Part shown: one piece after another, positions 29,601 to 38,309 of the stretch
How positions within the stretch are numbered: position 1 is the stretch's first letter
Layout of the letters: each line of letters opens with the position of its first letter
Source of the DNA: Bradymonadales bacterium
Lineage (GTDB): Bacteria > Myxococcota_A > UBA9042 > PWKZ01
Direction: 5' to 3'
DNA: 46,536 nucleotides
Assembly: GCA_003559575.1 (NCBI GenBank)
Contig: PWKZ01000228.1
Span: forward strand, 1-46,536
The notes under the pieces: model-generated
The model's database searches: none
Seen by the model: only the letters and a program-made list of their open reading frames with translations
Told to the model about the DNA's origin: nothing
Position numbers and translations under genes: made by a program

Positions 29601-30518
29601 GGCCGCTTGGGCGACGAGCGGGTCGTCTCTGATCTTCGCGCGCGCCCGCTGGGCCGCGAGATGGTTCAACCACTCGGCTCCGATGCCGTGGTGCTCATCA
29701 CCGGCGGGGCGCGTGGGATTACGGCGCGCGTGGCGGTGGAGTTGGCCAAGCGTTTCGGCTGCCGCCTCGTGCTGGTAGGGCGCTCGCCTGCGCCGCAGGA
29801 GGAGGAGCCCGCCGAGCTGGCCGCGCTGCCCGACGCGGTGGCGTTGCGTCGGCACCTCGCGCAACAGGGCGATCTCGGGGGGCCGCGGGAAATAGACGCC
29901 GTCGTGGCGCGCCTGCTGCGAGAGCGGGAGATCCGCGCGACCCTCGGTGGTATCGCCGCCGCCGGCTCCGAAGCCGAGCTGTGCGCGCTCGACGTGCGCG
30001 ATGAGGAGGCGTTCGGGGCGCTCATCGACGACATCTATGCGCGCTACGGACGGTTGGATGGTGTCATTCATGGCGCCGGAGTTCTCGAGGACCGGCTCAT
30101 CGAGGACAAATCGGAGGCATCTTTCGCGCGAGTCTACGATACGAAGGTCAGGGCCGCCCGCGTGCTGGCCCACAAATTGAGGCCGGGCCTCGACTTCGTG
30201 GTCTTCTTCGCGAGCGTCGCGGGCTTCTTCGGCAATCGAGGGCAGGTGGATTACGCCGCCGCCAACGACGCCTTGGATCGCCTCGCCCACGCCCTTAGCG
30301 GCCGCCTTGCACGTCGCGTGGTGGCCGTCGACTGGGGCCCGTGGGGCGGCACCGGGATGGTTGGCACCGAGTTGGCGCAAGAGTGGGCGCGCCGCGGCGT
30401 CGGCCTCATCGAGACCGACGAGGGCGTGGACGCTTTGTTGGACGAGATAAGCCGCGGCGCGCCGCAAGAATCCCAGGTGATCCTCATGCGCGCCGATCCC
30501 GAGAGTCTTGGAGGATGA
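23694..30518 (+). CDS. Iterative type I PKS/FAS (ArsA/PUFA-synthase-like): tandem FabK/NMO-like ER - KS - AT - ACP - KR
   Basis: YPIVQGPM, EGRECGGH, FAGGI (FMN TIM barrel); KS DAACASS, EAHGTGT, KSQIGH; AT GHSYG, AFHS; ACP DLSIDSI; KR GGARGIT, YAAAN. Confidence 0.93.
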   Translation: MIRDFSFLGLSPFLIPDDRLTIALCRAGALGVLELGRDPAAARAALSTVARQVPAGFGVRVTSGTAVEPASLPREVRVVVLPADVPAAPWAGRERLVQVTSIEEARAAIEAGADGLIAKGSESAGRVGECSTFVLAQALLAADSLLGGRPVFLQGAIGLHAAAAAFAGGASGVVLDDALALLRESRLDQAARKLISGLDGSETTVLGGHRVFLRPGFLAADLAADQSDPTAAEVEALIGGTDPSTNLLPMGQGIGLAARYADRYRTVAGLLSALSDNVATSLRLAQAANPLAPQSPLAEALGCRYPIVQGPMSRVSDSPAFALAVAQAGGLPFLAVGLKSGPALSDLLRETATHLAGRPFGVGLLGFAPPALWEEQSALVLAARPRAAIIAGGRPSQARLFEERGIQTWLHVPSPGLLDLYLEDGARRFIFEGRECGGHVGPRGSFALWEAQIERLMCFEAPEELHVLFAGGIHDRRSAAMVAALAAPLAARGARLGVLLGTGYLFTEEVVATGALLPGFQRAALDCRRTRVLRSAPGHESRCADTDYVAAFEAEHARLVAEERSPDEIWEALERFNLGRLALAAKGLDQRGAEGVPCDERTQRREGMYMLGELSALRTEVVTIGELHEDVSEGSARLLAERARFRTTAAATSADEAAAGAAPADVAIVGIACAFPDAPDLARYWANILDGVDCITEVPDERWSKEIYYDGDSRGDGHTYSKWGGFLPQIAIDPLAYGIPPRSLAAIDPVQLLSLEMARRALEDAGYGDGALGRWFDRERTAVIFGAQPGADLAGAHGFRALYPQLVGPLPEALAERLPELTEDSFPGVLGNVISGRIANRLDLGGTNYTVDAACASSLAALQVAIRELLAGTSDMVLCGGADVHNSINDYQLFSSVHALSPTGTPRTFDASADGTTISEGVAVLVLKRLRDAQRDGDRIYAVVRGLGAASDGKSLGLTAPRREGQSRAVQAALRQAGISPRALGLVEAHGTGTVVGDKTELEALREQFEAAGASAGGCVLGSVKSQIGHTKCAAGLAGVIKAALSVERGVRPVTPNVEQPNPAWRGERSPFVFMPQTQPWSAEERSAGVSAFGFGGTNFHAIVSSPPAPADELLCTRDEWPAELLLFRGPDQDHARRRMERLAALLEGRTTWRLRDLARTTSSGGEGPVRAAVLARDIPDLRAKLERARSFESDPRGVFVAPERPLAQSGQVAFLFPGQGSQRPGMAADLFVTFPALRRHLQAGARHVAQMFPPKTFGPEGEKAQQEALTDTRVAQTALGMVGLAMADLLLRFGVRADMAAGHSYGEIVALAAAGALAADELPELSGARGAAILETALAREDDPGCMAAVKISRARLEEIFPALAGGHADGVVLANHNAPEQCVLSGPSATLERMLSSLAEDGHRGRRIPVACAFHSPLVAGAGEKFAGHLARAKVSVPRFPVWSNTTASPHEARPAAIRALLAEQVERPVRFVEQIEAMYQAGARVFVEVGPGKVLSGLVGQILGERPHTVVATDSPGQHGLVALQTALAALAVHGVAVDSEALHAGRDSRKYDLESAPSLALPQSAWLVDGHLARPLTGEVPKGALQPMGPPLGIAPATSEAPGEGREAVVMNYLAMVKELVATQREVMLSYLGTPPSEPTPARAVAPGAPEVTASEEQIAPGPAEGEAPAEEEAPALLDAARLSALLLDLISERTGYPLEMLDLDLDLEADLSIDSIKRIEILGALGRLIGIDEETGERDQVFEELAKQKTIRGIVAWLDERLRATSDEEPTAAREAASAKDGAAVPGADEPAVRPPDLQRFVVGLRGAPVGRMNGTLEGRQVAVTDGSPELARALVKAFAGRGLKAVVVTNGETKGCHALVDLTALGNGGADPVKGVFKQVRHAIQSGTERIVVASALGGRLGYAAASDERLGHGGLGGLVKTVAKERPEIALRVVDLNPAARAEANAAFLVEELLAEGPEREVGRLGDERVVSDLRARPLGREMVQPLGSDAVVLITGGARGITARVAVELAKRFGCRLVLVGRSPAPQEEEPAELAALPDAVALRRHLAQQGDLGGPREIDAVVARLLREREIRATLGGIAAAGSEAELCALDVRDEEAFGALIDDIYARYGRLDGVIHGAGVLEDRLIEDKSEASFARVYDTKVRAARVLAHKLRPGLDFVVFFASVAGFFGNRGQVDYAAANDALDRLAHALSGRLARRVVAVDWGPWGGTGMVGTELAQEWARRGVGLIETDEGVDALLDEISRGAPQESQVILMRADPESLGG

Positions 30519-33500
30519 GTAAGTCGGGCGACAACGGCGTGGCCATCGTGGGAATGGCGGCGCTCTTTCCCGGGGCGCCGGATCTCGCCACCTACTGGCG
30601 CAACATCACAGCCGGGGTGGACTCGATCAGTGAGATCCCGGAGCACCGCTGGGAGAGCGAGTTCTTCGACCCGCAGAGCACGGCGGTCGACCGCTTCCCG
30701 GTGCGGCGCGGCGGGGTCGTCCCGGAGCCGCTGTTCGACGCGCTCGCCCACGGCATCATGCCGGTGGCGGCCAAGGGAGCCGAGCCCGATCAGCTCGTGA
30801 TGCTCGACCTCGGAGTCCGCGCGTTGGCTGACGCAGGCTACGGAGAGGGGCTGCGAGAGTTCGATCGCGGGGCGACGGCGGTGATGCTCGGGCGGGGCAA
30901 CTACATCGGCGCCGGGATGACTCGGCTCGAACAGCATGTGCGCACGAGCGCCCAACTCGTGACCTGCCTGCGGACCCTGGTGCCCGGGATTACCGAGAAA
31001 ACGTTGGCGGCCGTCAAGGCGGAGTTTCAAAGTAAACTCGGCGCTTACGGTGGAGACACGGCGATCGGGCTGGTGCCCAATCTGACCGCCTCGCGTCTCG
31101 CCAACCGGCTCAATCTCCGCGGGCCGGCCTACACCCTGGATGCCGCTTGCGCCAGCGCGCTCGTGGCCACCGATCTGGCACTCCGCGAGCTTCTCATGGG
31201 GCGCGCGGCGGTGGCGCTCGCGGGCGGGGTCCACCTCACTCACGACGTGGCGTTCTGGAGCGTCTTCGCGCAGCTTCAAGCACTCTCGCACAGCGGCTGC
31301 ATTCGGCCGCTCGACCGCCTGGCCGATGGGTTGTTGCCGGGCGAGGGCGGCGGAATGCTGGTGCTCAAGCGCCTCGCCGACGCCGAGCGGGACGGGGATC
31401 GGATCTACGCCGTGCTGCGCGGAGCGGGGGTGGCGAGCGACGGTCGCGGGGCCGGCCTGATGGTCCCCCGGATCGAAGGCCAGCTCCTGGCGCTCGAGCG
31501 GGCCTGGTCCGAGGCGCGCCACGCTCCCGAGGAGGTGGGCCTCATCGAGGCCCACGGCACCGCCACGCCGGTGGGGGACGCGGCCGAACTCGAGACTCTG
31601 GCGCGGTTTTTTGGCAAAGCGGAATCCGATGGCCCTCCGCGCGCCGTGATCGGTTCGGTGAAGTCGATGATCGGCCACGCCATGCCCGCCGCCGGCGCTG
31701 CGTCGCTCATCAAGACGGCGCTCGCCGTCTACCACGGCGTGTTGCCGCCGACGCTACATTGTGATGAGCCGCACCCGGCGATGGCGGGGACGCGCTTCCG
31801 GCCGCTCGCGGCGAGCGAGCCCTGGGAGGAGCGCCGGCGGTTGGCCGGGGTCAACGCCTTCGGCTTCGGCGGGATCAACGCCCACGTGGTGTTGGAGTCG
31901 CACGGAGCGCGCGCAGTCCGCCGGCGACACCGCCCGGGGGGCCTCGCGCCGGAAGAGATCTTGGTGCTGGCGGCTGATTCACCGGGCGCGCTTCGTGAGG
32001 CGCTCGAGTCCGGGCGGACGGAGGTCGGTGAGGGTGCGTGCCGCCTGGCGCTCGTCGATCCGACGCCCGCGCGTCGGACCAAGGCGCTCGAGGTAGTGCG
32101 CGCCGGCAAGCCGCGCCGCGGGCGGGACGGGCTGTGGTTCAACACCGAGGGGCTTTTGACCGCGGGCGGCCAGGTGGCGTTTCTGTTTCCGGGGATCGAG
32201 GCGGCCTTCGAGGATCGGATCTCGGATATTGCGCGGCACTTCAACCGCCCGTCGCCCCCGACCCCGCCGGGCACCGTCGCCGGGACCAAGGCGCTCGAAT
32301 ACCAGGGGGCGATGACGGTCTTTGCCGGGCGGCTGCTCTTCGATGTTCTGGGGGAAGTGGGGATTAAGCCTTCGCTGCTCGCCGGCCACAGTATCGGGGA
32401 GTGGACCGGCATGATCGCCGCCGGGATCATCCCCGCGGACGTTTTCGAGGAGTTCTGGGCCACCCTGACCCCCGGCTCGCTCGAGGTGCCGGGGGTCGTC
32501 TTCGCCGCGGTCGGCGCCTCGGCCGAGGCGGTGCGGCCGCTCGTGACCGACCTCGACGGGGTGGTCGTCACCCACGACAACTGCCCGCACCAGGTGATCC
32601 TCTGCGGCCCGGAGGCCCAGCTCGACACCGCCCTCGTTCGGTTGCGCGACGCGCGCTTCCTGGGGCAGAAGCTGCCCTTTCGCTCAGGCTTCCACTCACC
32701 GGTCTTTGCCGACTACCTCGCCCCGCACCGGGAGCGCTTCGCGCGTCTTGCGCTTGGGGCTTCAAAGATCCCCCTGTGGTCGGCCACCACCTGTCGCCCG
32801 TATCCGAGTGATCCCAAGGCTATCGAGCGGTTGGCGCTCGACCATCTCGTCCGCCCGGTGCGTTTCCGCGAGTTGATTTTGGCGCTCTACGAGCATGGGG
32901 TGCGGGCTTTCGTTCAGCTCGGCTTCGGGAGCCTTGTGGGGTTCGTGGACGACACGCTGCGGGGGCGGGAGCACGTGGCGCTCTCCGCCGGCGCGCCGCA
33001 GCGCAGCGGTCTCGAGCAGCTTCGTCGAGTGGCGGCGGCGCTCTTCGTCGAGGGGGCGCCGGTGGACTGGACCCGGCTGTTTCCCTCGTCGCGAGGCGCG
33101 GGCGCCCGCATCAGGCTAGAGCTCGGGGTGCCGCTCGTGCGGCTCGAGCGGTCCCTCGAGGGAGCGCGCATTCCTCATGACGTGCGCGCTCCTGAGCGCG
33201 GCGCCGACAGCCCGGTGCAGCGCGGCTTCGAGGCCGTGATGCAGGAGCTCGTCGACTCGCAGGAGGCGGTGCGCCGCGCGTGGACCGCCGGCCCTGCGCC
33301 CCCCTCGGCGCCGCGCGAGAAGGTTGTCCGCCGGCGGCTCTCGGTCAAGACGGATCCGCATCTTCTCGATCACTGCCTGATCCCGCAGCGGCCCGGGTGG
33401 CCGAGTGTCGCCGATCGCAACCCGGTGGTCCCGATGACCATGATGATTCGGATGATGATGGACGCCGCCGTGGCGCTCGTCCCGGATCGCGTCCCGATTG

Positions 33501-34786
33501 CCGTTGAAGATCTGCTGGCACACACCTGGCTGGCCGTCGAGCCGCCGGTGGAGGTGGCGATCCGCACGACTCTGGTGGCGCCCGACCGTGTGCGGGTGGT
33601 GATCGAGGGCTCTGCTGAGGCGGTGGTGGTCCTGGCCGAGCGCTACCCCCAACCGCCGGCGGCGCCGGTGGTCGGCCTCACCAACCCGCGCCCCTCCGAG
33701 GTGAGCGGTGCGGCGCTGTATGAGGATCGCTGGATGTTCCACGGCCCGGCCTATCGTTCAGTGACCGAGATCCTGGAGTTCGGGGAAGATGGGATCCGCG
33801 GTCGGATCCGCCCCTTGCCGGCCGAGGGGGCGCTGCTGGACGGCGCGGGTCAGCTCTTTGGCTACTGGGTGATGCAGAGCGTCGAGCGAGATCGCCTGGC
33901 GATGCCTATCAAGTTGGGCGCTCTGCGCCTCTTCGGCCCCGAGCCGCGGGAGGGGGAGGAGCTCGTGTGTACGGCCTGGTGCCGGCACCTGGGCCGCCGC
34001 GAGGTGCGCGCCGAGATGATGATTACGGATCGCGACGGGCACCCGTGGGCCCGGCTCGAAGGGTGGACCGACTGGCGGTTCGAGACCGACGAGCGACTGT
34101 GGCGCATCATGCGTCGCGCCGAGCGGCACCTGTTTGCTGAAATGACCCCGGAGGGGCTCGCCGTCGTCTTCGAGCCGGAGCGCAGCGCGGCGAGCCGCGA
34201 TTACCTGGCGCGCCGGTTCTTGAATGAAGAGGAGCGGCGCACCTGGGCCGAGACGCTCGCGCCGCGGCGCCGCACGCCGTGGCTCTACGGACGGATCGCC
34301 GCCAAGGACGCCGTTCGTCATTGGCTCATGGCTCGCGCGCGGGGATTTCTCTTTCCGGCCGAAATCGCGGTCGAGAATGACGAGACGGGCCGTCCGCGTG
34401 TCGCCGGCCCTCAGCTGCCGGACCTGCGGCTCTCCATCGCCCACAAGGAGACCATCGCGGTGGCTTTTGTGGGAGAGGGGCGCGAGGTGGGGGTCGATGT
34501 GGAGCGCTACGAGCCCCGCTCCGCGGAGTTTGGGGAGTTGATCTGTGCCCCCGAGGAGCTGCGGCGGCTGCCTACACAAGAGAGAGAGGCGTGGCTGACG
34601 AGGGTCTTTTGTGCCAAGGAGGTTATCGGCAAGAGACTTGGGACGGGGCTCGCGGCCGCACCCAAGCGCCTCCCGGTGACCGCCGTCGAGGCGTCGCCGG
34701 GCGCGATGAGAGTCCGGATCAAGGACGAGTGGGTGACCTTGCGCGATTACGGCGAGCATGTGATCGGGTGGTCGGATGGAACCTGA
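30515..34786 (+). CDS. Type I PKS subunit: KS - AT - DH - Sfp-type PPTase
   Basis: ATGA-coupled to the previous gene; KS DAACAS, EAHGTAT, KSMIGH; AT GHSIG, GFHS; DH LLDH...PVVP, MFHGPAY, LLDGAGQ; PPTase AAKDAV, VGVDVE, FCAKE. Confidence 0.92.
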   Translation: MSKSGDNGVAIVGMAALFPGAPDLATYWRNITAGVDSISEIPEHRWESEFFDPQSTAVDRFPVRRGGVVPEPLFDALAHGIMPVAAKGAEPDQLVMLDLGVRALADAGYGEGLREFDRGATAVMLGRGNYIGAGMTRLEQHVRTSAQLVTCLRTLVPGITEKTLAAVKAEFQSKLGAYGGDTAIGLVPNLTASRLANRLNLRGPAYTLDAACASALVATDLALRELLMGRAAVALAGGVHLTHDVAFWSVFAQLQALSHSGCIRPLDRLADGLLPGEGGGMLVLKRLADAERDGDRIYAVLRGAGVASDGRGAGLMVPRIEGQLLALERAWSEARHAPEEVGLIEAHGTATPVGDAAELETLARFFGKAESDGPPRAVIGSVKSMIGHAMPAAGAASLIKTALAVYHGVLPPTLHCDEPHPAMAGTRFRPLAASEPWEERRRLAGVNAFGFGGINAHVVLESHGARAVRRRHRPGGLAPEEILVLAADSPGALREALESGRTEVGEGACRLALVDPTPARRTKALEVVRAGKPRRGRDGLWFNTEGLLTAGGQVAFLFPGIEAAFEDRISDIARHFNRPSPPTPPGTVAGTKALEYQGAMTVFAGRLLFDVLGEVGIKPSLLAGHSIGEWTGMIAAGIIPADVFEEFWATLTPGSLEVPGVVFAAVGASAEAVRPLVTDLDGVVVTHDNCPHQVILCGPEAQLDTALVRLRDARFLGQKLPFRSGFHSPVFADYLAPHRERFARLALGASKIPLWSATTCRPYPSDPKAIERLALDHLVRPVRFRELILALYEHGVRAFVQLGFGSLVGFVDDTLRGREHVALSAGAPQRSGLEQLRRVAAALFVEGAPVDWTRLFPSSRGAGARIRLELGVPLVRLERSLEGARIPHDVRAPERGADSPVQRGFEAVMQELVDSQEAVRRAWTAGPAPPSAPREKVVRRRLSVKTDPHLLDHCLIPQRPGWPSVADRNPVVPMTMMIRMMMDAAVALVPDRVPIAVEDLLAHTWLAVEPPVEVAIRTTLVAPDRVRVVIEGSAEAVVVLAERYPQPPAAPVVGLTNPRPSEVSGAALYEDRWMFHGPAYRSVTEILEFGEDGIRGRIRPLPAEGALLDGAGQLFGYWVMQSVERDRLAMPIKLGALRLFGPEPREGEELVCTAWCRHLGRREVRAEMMITDRDGHPWARLEGWTDWRFETDERLWRIMRRAERHLFAEMTPEGLAVVFEPERSAASRDYLARRFLNEEERRTWAETLAPRRRTPWLYGRIAAKDAVRHWLMARARGFLFPAEIAVENDETGRPRVAGPQLPDLRLSIAHKETIAVAFVGEGREVGVDVERYEPRSAEFGELICAPEELRRLPTQEREAWLTRVFCAKEVIGKRLGTGLAAAPKRLPVTAVEASPGAMRVRIKDEWVTLRDYGEHVIGWSDGT

Positions 34787-34799
34787 GGATGAGAGAAGC

Positions 34800-35078
34800 A
34801 TGAGCGCGACACAAGAGGCGGTCTTGGCGACGGTGGCTCGGATTTTGGTGGAGGTGATTGGTGAGGAGTGGGCTGATGAGACCCCCATCGAACTGGACAC
34901 CTCGTTTGCCGACGATCTGGAGCTTGAGAGTATTGAGTTCGTGGCGTTGGCCGAGCGGTTACAAGAGCACTACGGCGCGCAGGTGGACTTTGTGGGGTGG
35001 CTCTCGGACAAGGAGCTGGACGAGATAATCGCCCTCGAGGTCGGTGACCTGGTGGATTTCATCGTGGCAAAGCTCTGA
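34800..35078 (+). CDS. Stand-alone acyl carrier protein (alternative start 34776)
   Basis: Small acidic protein, FADDLELESIEFVAL...VGDLVDFI. Confidence 0.9.
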   Translation: MSATQEAVLATVARILVEVIGEEWADETPIELDTSFADDLELESIEFVALAERLQEHYGAQVDFVGWLSDKELDEIIALEVGDLVDFIVAKL

Positions 35079-35100
35079 CCCGCGACGCTTGGGGCAGCTC

Positions 35101-35250
35101 TCAGGGCACACCGTCGGAGGGGTTCTTCACTCGCACCCCACGGATGAGTTGCTCGTCTTGGAGGTCTTCTGTGACGAGGTACGCGCAAGCGGCAGAGTCG
35201 GCCGCGGCAATCACAAGCGCCTCCCACAACGCCAGCCGTGAGAGCACGGA
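35101..35250 (-). pseudogene. 3' remnant of a PIN-domain (VapC-like) toxin gene
   Basis: LALWEALVIAAADSAACAYLVTEDLQDEQLIRGVRVKNP matches the PIN C-terminal pattern (WDALI.AAA...C..L.SED.Q.G......I.NP); the 5' part is replaced by the repeat at 35251. Confidence 0.75.
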
Positions 35251-35427
35251 CCATAATCGTCGGCCCATCCAGGGATTCGCGGACGGATTCACGTACATTT
35301 GCGGCGTCACCTTCACCAAATCGATGCTCGACGTAGCGTTGCTACGCCTCCGCTCGATTTGGCTTGTTTCCTTGCACTTGCGCCCGCCTCACTCCCCTCG
35401 GTCCACGGACGCGGTGGAGGATTGAGG
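35251..35427 (+). repeat. Hybrid repeat copy: TIR left end + core + hairpin module as right end
   Basis: Starts CCATAATCGTCGGCCCATCC; ends CCTCACTCCCCTCGGTCCACGGACGCGGTGGAGGATTGAGG. Confidence 0.88.
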
Positions 35428-35507
35428 CCGGGTTTGCCAGTTACCTCCAGTTCGGCGAAGATGTGCTCGACTTGGGCGCGGTGAGAGCGCGGGCACGACA
35501 GGGTTGA

Positions 35508-36320
35508 GTGATGGGTTTGGCAAGCTTGCGGCGTTTTTTGTACTTCCCGGAGCGGCTCCCGGTGGACGCTCCGCTGCCGCCCCACGCACGTGGGGCGCGC
35601 GAGGTGTGGTTGGAGGCGGCGGACGGCGTGCGCATCCACGGGCTCTACTGGGCGCCGCCCCCAGGCCGCCCGGTGGTGCTCTTTTTCCACGGCAACGCGG
35701 GGGAGGTCTACCAGTGGGCCCTGGTGCGCCACGATCTCGCCGCGCTCGACTCCGGGCTGCTGATAATCGACTATCACGGCTATGGCAAGAGCGCCGGCAA
35801 GCCGAGTGAGGCGGCGCTTCATGCCGACGGAGAGGCGGCTTTGCGGTGGCTCGGCGACGAGGCCGGAGTGGCCGCAGAGCGGGTCGTGCTCCACGGCAAA
35901 TCGCTCGGCGGTGGCGTCGCCGGTCGGTTGGCGGCCACGCACGACGTGCTGGGGCTGATTTTGGAGTCCACGTTCACGTCGATCCCGGGGGTGGCGGAGA
36001 ACCTTTTTGGGCGCTTCTTGCCGATTTTGGGGACCCGCTCGTGGGAGAAGATGATGCCCGACCGCTTCGCCACGGTCGAGCATCTGGCGGCGGTGCGCTG
36101 CCCGGTCTTGGTGGTCCACGGCGAGCGCGACTCATTGATCCCCGTGGCCCACGCGCACTCGCTGTTTGAGGCCGCGCGCGAGCCGAAGGAGCTTTATCTG
36201 GTGCCCGCCGGCGATCACAACGACGTGGCCTGGGTGGCGGGGGAGAGCTACGGGCGGCGGCTTCGCGAGTGGCTCGCGCGCTGTCTTGCGCGGGCCGACC
36301 GGCGGGTCGCCGAGGAGTGA
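35508..36320 (+). CDS. Alpha/beta hydrolase (ABHD13/BEM46-like)
   Basis: FFHGNAG, DYHGYGKSAGKPSE, GKSLGG, ESTFTS, VHGERDSLIP, DHND. Confidence 0.92.
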   Translation: MMGLASLRRFLYFPERLPVDAPLPPHARGAREVWLEAADGVRIHGLYWAPPPGRPVVLFFHGNAGEVYQWALVRHDLAALDSGLLIIDYHGYGKSAGKPSEAALHADGEAALRWLGDEAGVAAERVVLHGKSLGGGVAGRLAATHDVLGLILESTFTSIPGVAENLFGRFLPILGTRSWEKMMPDRFATVEHLAAVRCPVLVVHGERDSLIPVAHAHSLFEAAREPKELYLVPAGDHNDVAWVAGESYGRRLREWLARCLARADRRVAEE

Positions 36321-36341
36321 GTTCGAACCAGGCTTGGGGCG

Positions 36342-38309
36342 GTGACTTCTTTGAGCATTGCAAGCGACGAGACAGAACGAACTCGCCCCGGTGAAGAGAT
36401 CCTTGGCGGGAGACTGAGCCGGGCGCGCTTCGCCCGCCTGCTCGGGCTCGCCGCCGGCGATCCCTATCGAGTGACCGAGGTCTCCGGCCGGGGCCGCGTC
36501 GTCCACGTGCGCCTCACCCAACTCTCCGAGACGGAGTCGGGTCCCGCTCCCGCCACTTACGATTTCTTCTTTGAGGCTCGCCGGCCGGATCGGCGCGGGC
36601 TCCTGAGTGGCGCGCACCTGACCCTATGGCATCACGGCGCGGTTCTGCCCGCCGGGCTCAAGGCGGGTCTCGCGCGGCGCACCGGGCCGGCGCTCGCCCG
36701 CCTGCGCTTCGAGGACTTGCTGGCGGCCCTGCGTGCCGACCCCGAGCACACAAGCGCGCTCGAGGAGCGCGCGGCGAGCGCCGGGGTCGACGAGCGCGAA
36801 ACGGTCGGCTCCGGCCCGGCGCTTCACGAGCTGGAGAGCTGCTCGGTGCCGTCCACCGGCTGCCACGCCTTGACGGCGCCGGCCATTTACGCCGACTTCT
36901 TTGCCGCCCAGGAGGTGCGCCGCGCTTCGGGGTGCGACACCGTCGACATCTACTCGGACAACACGCTCATCGCCCATGGGGACTTCGAGTGCTCCTATTG
37001 CGCCGTCACCGTCCCCGCCCCGCGCTATCACTTCCTGCGGCTGGGGGTGCAGGAGAGCGTGCGCGACGTGGGGCGCCCGCGCCACGCGCGCGGGCGGTTT
37101 CAAGAGTCGGCCTCGGTGACCGACACGTTCTCGACCGATATCAATGAGACCGACGTGATCCTCGGCGAGTTCGGCGGGGTCGCGCGCGTGCTCGATCACG
37201 CCGCCGCGCACGGCGAGAAAGATCAGCTCATGTGTGTCGGGCTCTGCCTGCCGGACGTCATCGGCGCCGATCTCGAGTCGGTGGTGGCGCGCCACCCCGA
37301 GAGCCCCTCGAAACCCTTGCTCTTCGTCCCCCCCGCGCCCCGCTCCTGGAATTGGCTGGCCCACGATCTGCTCAAAACGAGACGCAAGCGGCTGGACTCT
37401 GAGTACGCCGCCGCGCCCAATCCACGCGCCATCAACCTAATCGGGTTTCCGGACAACCAGGGGACCGCCCGGCTCACCGCGCTGCTGGCCGAGTTTGGCG
37501 TCGAGGTCAACACCCACGTGCTCCCCGGGTTGCAGCTCAAGGCGATCGCGCGTTTGCCGCGGGCGGCCCTCGATGTCTATTGCCCGAACGTCTACTGGGA
37601 GCGGGAGTATGGCTTTCTCGGCGACGAGAGCCCGCGCCCCGGTCTGATGCCGGACGGCCCGTTCGGGCTCCAGGGGACCAAACGCTTCCTGCGCGCGGTG
37701 CTGGCGGCGCTCGAGGGCGAGCGCCGCGCTGAAGCCGCCCTCGAGGCGCGCTTCGAGTCTGCCGCGCGCGCGTTGACAGCGCCCTGGGGCGCGCGCTGTC
37801 GCCAGGCGGCTGAGCATCGTCTGGGGTTCGCAGTGCCGGCGCACGGGGTCCACTGGCTGCTCGACTCGGCCCATTCGTGGGGGCTCCCGCTGCTCGAGAC
37901 GACTTACGAGATGGGGTTCGGGCTGGACCTCTTCGTGGGCGCGGCCGACGCCGCGGCCGCGACCGCCGCCGCCGACCGGTTGGCCGGCCAGCTCCCCGAC
38001 GGCGCGCGGGCGCGGGTGGCGCTGCACACCTTCCACTCGCTGCCCGAGATGATGGCCGCGCTCAGGGAGAGCGAGTGCGAGGCGCTCTTCTCCAACTTCG
38101 TCTTCGACTGGCGGGTGAGCCGGGCCGGCAAGATGCCGTTTTCGACCCTCGAGTTCGAGATGGGGCTCGAGGGCGCCCTCGCGACGGTCGAGCGGCTCTT
38201 GACGATTTGCCGCACGCCGCTCTACCGGCGGTTTCGCGAATTCTTGCCGGAGACTCCGCGCCCCGGAGACTCTCCGCCGCGCGCCGCGCGCGCCTTGGAG
38301 GAGCGATGA
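36342..38309 (+). CDS. Nitrogenase component-1-like oxidoreductase subunit A, with an unassigned N-terminal extension
   Basis: HGDFEC (cf. HGPxGC), FSTDINETDVILG (cf. STDLxExDIxFG), LCLPDVIGADLESV (cf. TCxxxxIGDD), INLIG, GVEVN, PFGLQGTKRFLRAV, MGLEGA. Confidence 0.8.
   Translation: MTSLSIASDETERTRPGEEILGGRLSRARFARLLGLAAGDPYRVTEVSGRGRVVHVRLTQLSETESGPAPATYDFFFEARRPDRRGLLSGAHLTLWHHGAVLPAGLKAGLARRTGPALARLRFEDLLAALRADPEHTSALEERAASAGVDERETVGSGPALHELESCSVPSTGCHALTAPAIYADFFAAQEVRRASGCDTVDIYSDNTLIAHGDFECSYCAVTVPAPRYHFLRLGVQESVRDVGRPRHARGRFQESASVTDTFSTDINETDVILGEFGGVARVLDHAAAHGEKDQLMCVGLCLPDVIGADLESVVARHPESPSKPLLFVPPAPRSWNWLAHDLLKTRRKRLDSEYAAAPNPRAINLIGFPDNQGTARLTALLAEFGVEVNTHVLPGLQLKAIARLPRAALDVYCPNVYWEREYGFLGDESPRPGLMPDGPFGLQGTKRFLRAVLAALEGERRAEAALEARFESAARALTAPWGARCRQAAEHRLGFAVPAHGVHWLLDSAHSWGLPLLETTYEMGFGLDLFVGAADAAAATAAADRLAGQLPDGARARVALHTFHSLPEMMAALRESECEALFSNFVFDWRVSRAGKMPFSTLEFEMGLEGALATVERLLTICRTPLYRRFREFLPETPRPGDSPPRAARALEER

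Noticed and set aside
37877-38305. Long upstream extension of subunit B (likewise 30341-30514 for PKS2)
   Set aside because: Overlaps the preceding gene; the ATGA-coupled starts with GGAG-type RBS are much more plausible
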